From Fidelibacterota bacterium (GTDB lineage Bacteria > Fidelibacterota > Marinisomatia > Marinisomatales > S15-B10), in contig PBTS01000026.1 in the NCBI GenBank assembly GCA_002729175.1, positions 25,781 through 36,917 on the forward strand: DNA of 11,137 nucleotides, given 5' to 3'. Numbering within the stretch: position 1 is the stretch's first letter; the number at the start of each line of letters is the position of its first letter. The notes beneath the pieces are model-generated. The model made no database searches and was not told where the DNA came from. It saw only the letters and a program-made list of their open reading frames with translations. The translations under genes were made by a program, and so were the position numbers. Positions 7,991-11,137 of the stretch are shown piece by piece.

Positions 7991-9034
7991 ATGGACTTCA
8001 GGAAGCTTGATCCGGCAGATATGCATTCTCAGATAGTCAACTTTCCTGAGCAGATTGAAGCTGCATTGGCTATTGGAGAAGGTTACGATCCGAAAGGGGA
8101 TTTTTCAGATATATCTTCAGTTGTGATCGCTGGGATGGGTGGCTCGGGCATAGGCGGAGACCTTATTCGGGCTCTCACGGTGGACAGCGCCAACACACCC
8201 ATACAAGTGGTCCGTGATTACCGTCTGCCTGCCTGGGTTGATGGCAAAACCTTGGTCATCTGTGTCAGCTACTCCGGAAACACTGAGGAGACCCTATCGT
8301 GCCTGAAAGATGCCATTAATCGGGGTGCAAAGGTTGCTGGTATCACCTCCGGAGGGGAAATGGAATCGAGGTTAAATGACGTTGACGGTAATGTCATCAA
8401 GATTCCCGGCGGGAATCCACCTAGAGCCTCTCTTGGTTATGTTTCCATTCCTGCCCTTGTGTTCTTGCAAAAGTGTGATTTAACTGACAAATCTATCAAC
8501 AAAGACCTCCAAGACGCCTCCGACCGTTTTAAACAACTGAGGGATGATTTTTCTGAACCGTCTGACAGTAATCCCACATTTGCTTTGGCAAAAACTGTTT
8601 ATGACTCAGTACCGATCATCTATGGTGATGCTCGTTACACAGGCGCTGTAGCACTTCGATGGCGCGGGCAATTGGAAGAAAACGGAAAAATGGTTGCCTT
8701 TCACCACACCTTACCGGAAATGAATCACAATGAAATTGTTGGGTACAAGAATAATCCCGACTTATTGAAACGGATGGGAATTATCTGGTTGATTGATAAA
8801 GACCAGCATGAGAGAACTACGCTGCGACAATCACTGACTCGTAAACTGATTGGCGAGACAGTTTGCTATCAGGAAGAAGTCCGGAGCCGAGGAACTTCCC
8901 TGGCGGAACGGTTACTCTATCTTGTCCATTTCGGAGACTGGGTCAGTTACTGGTGTGCTGTGCTACATGGGGTTGATCCTACACCTGTGGAAAGGATAGA
9001 ATCGCTGAAAGCGAAACTTGCAGAAAATGACTAA
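7991..9034 (+). CDS. Bifunctional phosphoglucose/phosphomannose isomerase (PGI/PMI, SIS-domain, archaeal/Aquifex-type family)
   Basis: 347 aa with GMGGSGIGG, SYSGNTEET, ITSGG, PRAS, RWRGQLEENGK, PEMNHNEIVG, GDWVS and GVDPTPV..I..LK. Confidence 0.92.
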   Translation: MDFRKLDPADMHSQIVNFPEQIEAALAIGEGYDPKGDFSDISSVVIAGMGGSGIGGDLIRALTVDSANTPIQVVRDYRLPAWVDGKTLVICVSYSGNTEETLSCLKDAINRGAKVAGITSGGEMESRLNDVDGNVIKIPGGNPPRASLGYVSIPALVFLQKCDLTDKSINKDLQDASDRFKQLRDDFSEPSDSNPTFALAKTVYDSVPIIYGDARYTGAVALRWRGQLEENGKMVAFHHTLPEMNHNEIVGYKNNPDLLKRMGIIWLIDKDQHERTTLRQSLTRKLIGETVCYQEEVRSRGTSLAERLLYLVHFGDWVSYWCAVLHGVDPTPVERIESLKAKLAEND

Positions 9035-9051
9035 TTTATCAGTTAAGAAGG

Positions 9052-9080
9052 TTGCATTGAGAATAGTGATCACCTAAATT
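9052..9080 (+). promoter_or_regulatory. Sigma70-like promoter TTGCAT-N17-TAAATT for the DUF151 gene
   Basis: TTGCAT at 9052-9057, a 17-nt spacer (9058-9074) and TAAATT at 9075-9080, in the gap between the PGI/PMI stop and ATG 9105. Confidence 0.6.
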
Positions 9081-9104
9081 AATGTGGGTTTGAACCCATT
9101 ATCA

Positions 9105-9677
9105 ATGATACCGGTAGAAGTAACACGAATCTCTTTTTATCCACCAAGCAAAGGGTACGCCGTGGTATTGCAGGAGATCGGCGGCGGTGAAAGAAAGCTA
9201 CCGGTCATTGTAGGATCTTTCGAAGCCCAGGCCATTGCTCTTGCCATGGAGAAGGTGGACACGCCCCGGCCCATGACTCACGATCTTCTGACCGCTATTC
9301 TGGAAGAGATGGAGGTTGATGTTAAAGCAGTTGTTGTTACCCATCTGTCTGAAGGGACTTTTTTCGCCGGTATCAGGATAGATCTTGATGGAGACGATGA
9401 AACTGAAGTTGATTCACGTCCCTCAGATGCCATTGCGGTTGCGTTGAGATTGGGAGCGCCAATTTTCGTTGATGAATCTGTCATGAAGGAAGCAGGCGTG
9501 GAAGATGAGGAACAATCTTCCGTCAGTTTTGAAGAGTTAGTCCATAGTCATGATAACAACCGGCGTAAAATCCTCAAAGAGAAATTGCAGGAAGCTGTTG
9601 AAGATGAAGAATATGAGCAGGCAGCAAAGATCCGAGATCAGCTAATGGAAATTGAAAAAGGAGCTTCCAGCGTCTGA
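9105..9677 (+). CDS. Bifunctional nuclease family protein (DUF151 / DNase-RNase) with C-terminal UVR (UvrB/UvrC) motif
   Basis: MIPVEV...LPVIVGSFEAQAIA, RPMTHDLL, GTFFA and DSRPSDAIAVALRLGAPIFV (DUF151), plus LQEAVEDEEYEQAAKIRDQL (UVR). ATG 9105 is preferred over GTG 9084. Confidence 0.92.
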   Translation: MIPVEVTRISFYPPSKGYAVVLQEIGGGERKLPVIVGSFEAQAIALAMEKVDTPRPMTHDLLTAILEEMEVDVKAVVVTHLSEGTFFAGIRIDLDGDDETEVDSRPSDAIAVALRLGAPIFVDESVMKEAGVEDEEQSSVSFEELVHSHDNNRRKILKEKLQEAVEDEEYEQAAKIRDQLMEIEKGASSV

Positions 9678-10409
9678 TCAGGATTTAAAAGATTCCAATG
9701 TTATTTGAGAAGCCGCTTGTTCAGCGACTTTTTTTGTTGGCCCGGATGCTGAAGCGTAAATTTTTCGATCAATTTTTACCGTTACTTCAAAGATCTTTTC
9801 ATGTTCGGCACCTTCCGTGTCAGTAACTATAAAGCGGGGTGTTTCCGTACCGTTAGCCTGACAGTGCTCAATTAGCAGACCTTTATAATTGAGTGTCTTC
9901 CACGCCTCTCTCCTTTTATTCCAAACCGTGTTGTAAATTAGATTTATACACGGTTCAAATCCGCCATCAAGCCTCATAGCGCCAATGATCGATTCAAAAA
10001 CATTTGCCAACTGTTTCTCAGACACTTTCGGATGATTCAGGTCTAGAGAGGGGCCCGCTGTTATGTACTTCAAGAGATTCAGGGAGGCCCCCATCTTAGC
10101 CAGATATCCTTTTTGTACAAGTGTTGACCGTCGTTGAGTTAGCAATCCTTCTCTTGCCTGAGGGAATTCCCTGATGAGCAGATCCGACACCACCTGATCA
10201 AGGATAGCGTCTCCCAAAAACTCCAGCTGCTCGTAATTTCCAGTAACCTCGGAATTTTTTGATTTGTGTGTTAACGCTGTGTTAAGTAGGAAGGAGTTGC
10301 GAAAAAAATAGTTGAGTGCATGCTGAAGCTCTATGAGTTGTCCATCCTTGTGAACGAAGCGCCAAATAAGTCGTCTGTAAAACTTTTTGAGCAGGCTTAG
10401 TCCTTCCAC
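9678..10409 (-). CDS. rnc: Ribonuclease III
   Basis: [28 protein letters not shown] and [14 protein letters not shown], with a C-terminal dsRBD ([11 protein letters not shown]...[11 protein letters not shown]). No in-frame ATG lies near the domain start. GTG at 10409-10407, overlapping the fabF 3' end, is the most plausible start. Confidence 0.92.
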   Translation of the reverse strand: MEGLSLLKKFYRRLIWRFVHKDGQLIELQHALNYFFRNSFLLNTALTHKSKNSEVTGNYEQLEFLGDAILDQVVSDLLIREFPQAREGLLTQRRSTLVQKGYLAKMGASLNLLKYITAGPSLDLNHPKVSEKQLANVFESIIGAMRLDGGFEPCINLIYNTVWNKRREAWKTLNYKGLLIEHCQANGTETPRFIVTDTEGAEHEKIFEVTVKIDRKIYASASGPTKKVAEQAASQITLESFKS

Positions 10410-11137
10410 TGCTTTACAATAAGAACGGCGTTGTGTCCACCAAAACCAAAAGTGTTTGACATAGCCACATTGACCTCTCTCTCCGATGAAACATTGGGTG
10501 TATAGTCGAGGTTGCAATCTGGATCGGGCGTTTCATAGTTGATAGTGGGAGCGATCTTATTTTCTAGAATAGTCATGATACAAGCGACGGCCTCGATCCC
10601 ACCGCTGGCTCCTAAAAGATGCCCGGTCATAGACTTGGTTGAACTGACACTCAAGCTGCCGGCATGTGCCCCAAACAGTTCCCGGATAGCTGCAGTTTCG
10701 TTTTTATCATTGTACGGCGTGGACGTGCCATGTGCATTAATATAGTCAATATCTTCAAGATTGAGGTCAGCGTCGGAGATTGCTCTTTCCATGGCACGAA
10801 CAGCACCTTCGCCGCCGGGGGCGGGAGCAGTGATATGATAGGCGTCGCCGGTGGCGCCGTAGCCGGCTACCTCACCGTAAATAGTAGCGTCCCTGGCTGT
10901 GGCATGGTCCGCCGCTTCCAGCACCAGAAGCCCTGCCCCTTCACCCATGATAAAACCGTCCCGTTTCAGATCGAACGGCCGGGATGCTTTCTCCGGTTCA
11001 TCATTATTGGTTGAGAGAGCTTTCATGTTTGAAAAACCGGCATAGGCAATAGGTGTGATAGCAGCTTCGGAACCTCCGGTAAGAATGACATCAGCGTCTC
11101 CGTACTGAATGAGTCTGTAGGCGTCGCCGATTGCGTT
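10397..11137 (-). CDS. fabF: 3-oxoacyl-[ACP] synthase II; 3' part only, start lies beyond the window
   Basis: The frame is open to the window edge ([41 protein letters not shown]...). Motifs [36 protein letters not shown] and [10 protein letters not shown] are present. Confidence 0.96.
   Translation of the reverse strand, partial: NAIGDAYRLIQYGDADVILTGGSEAAITPIAYAGFSNMKALSTNNDEPEKASRPFDLKRDGFIMGEGAGLLVLEAADHATARDATIYGEVAGYGATGDAYHITAPAPGGEGAVRAMERAISDADLNLEDIDYINAHGTSTPYNDKNETAAIRELFGAHAGSLSVSSTKSMTGHLLGASGGIEAVACIMTILENKIAPTINYETPDPDCNLDYTPNVSSEREVNVAMSNTFGFGGHNAVLIVKQWKD

Noticed and set aside
3497..9484. Short nested or antisense ORFs of 63-85 aa over murQ, anmK, PMM/PGM, the prenyl synthase and DUF151
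   Set aside because: They are of the size expected by chance in alternative frames, and the main frames explain the sequence.
9105..10409. DUF151 nuclease plus RNase III as a possible defence or toxin module
   Set aside because: The genes are on opposite strands, both are widespread housekeeping-type families, rnc is coupled to fabF, and no mobile or defence context is present.
10410..10517. N-terminal 36-aa extension of the 279-aa rnc ORF in the track
   Set aside because: It lies wholly inside the conserved fabF C-terminus in another frame and has no RNase III-like character. GTG 10409 is more plausible.
10539..11014. Plus-strand ORFs 10539..10745 and 10664..11014
   Set aside because: Antisense shadows of fabF with no recognisable motifs.
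1..11137. CRISPR arrays, tRNA/rRNA, IS elements, riboswitches, intrinsic terminators
   Set aside because: The largest intergenic gap is 117 nt (3459-3575). I saw no spaced direct repeats, cloverleaf, transposase or GC hairpin with a U-tract. A covariance-model (Rfam) search was not possible.

Overview
This is a gene-dense, apparently core-genome bacterial region. The fabF-rnc coupling, the LptG-like N-terminus, the PGI/PMI-type isomerase and the scarcity of Shine-Dalgarno motifs suggest an FCB-group organism such as Marinimicrobia; this is inference, not a database result. Left to right it carries: a partial lptG/lptF-family permease (-, missed by the ORF track), an NhaC-family transporter (+), a CNNM/CBS/CorC 'hemolysin family' protein (-), a tight five-gene + strand run (murQ, anmK, PMM/PGM, polyprenyl diphosphate synthase, bifunctional PGI/PMI), a DUF151 nuclease with a UVR domain (+, probably with its own sigma70-like promoter), RNase III (-) and partial fabF (-). 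I found no mobile element, CRISPR array, tRNA/rRNA or defence system, and I cannot claim a clearly new system. The best leads are the peptidoglycan-recycling/sugar-phosphate/prenyl operon lacking nagA/nagB, repeated -10 hexamers almost abutting start codons (leaderless-like), and a zero-gap convergent junction between two nuclease genes.
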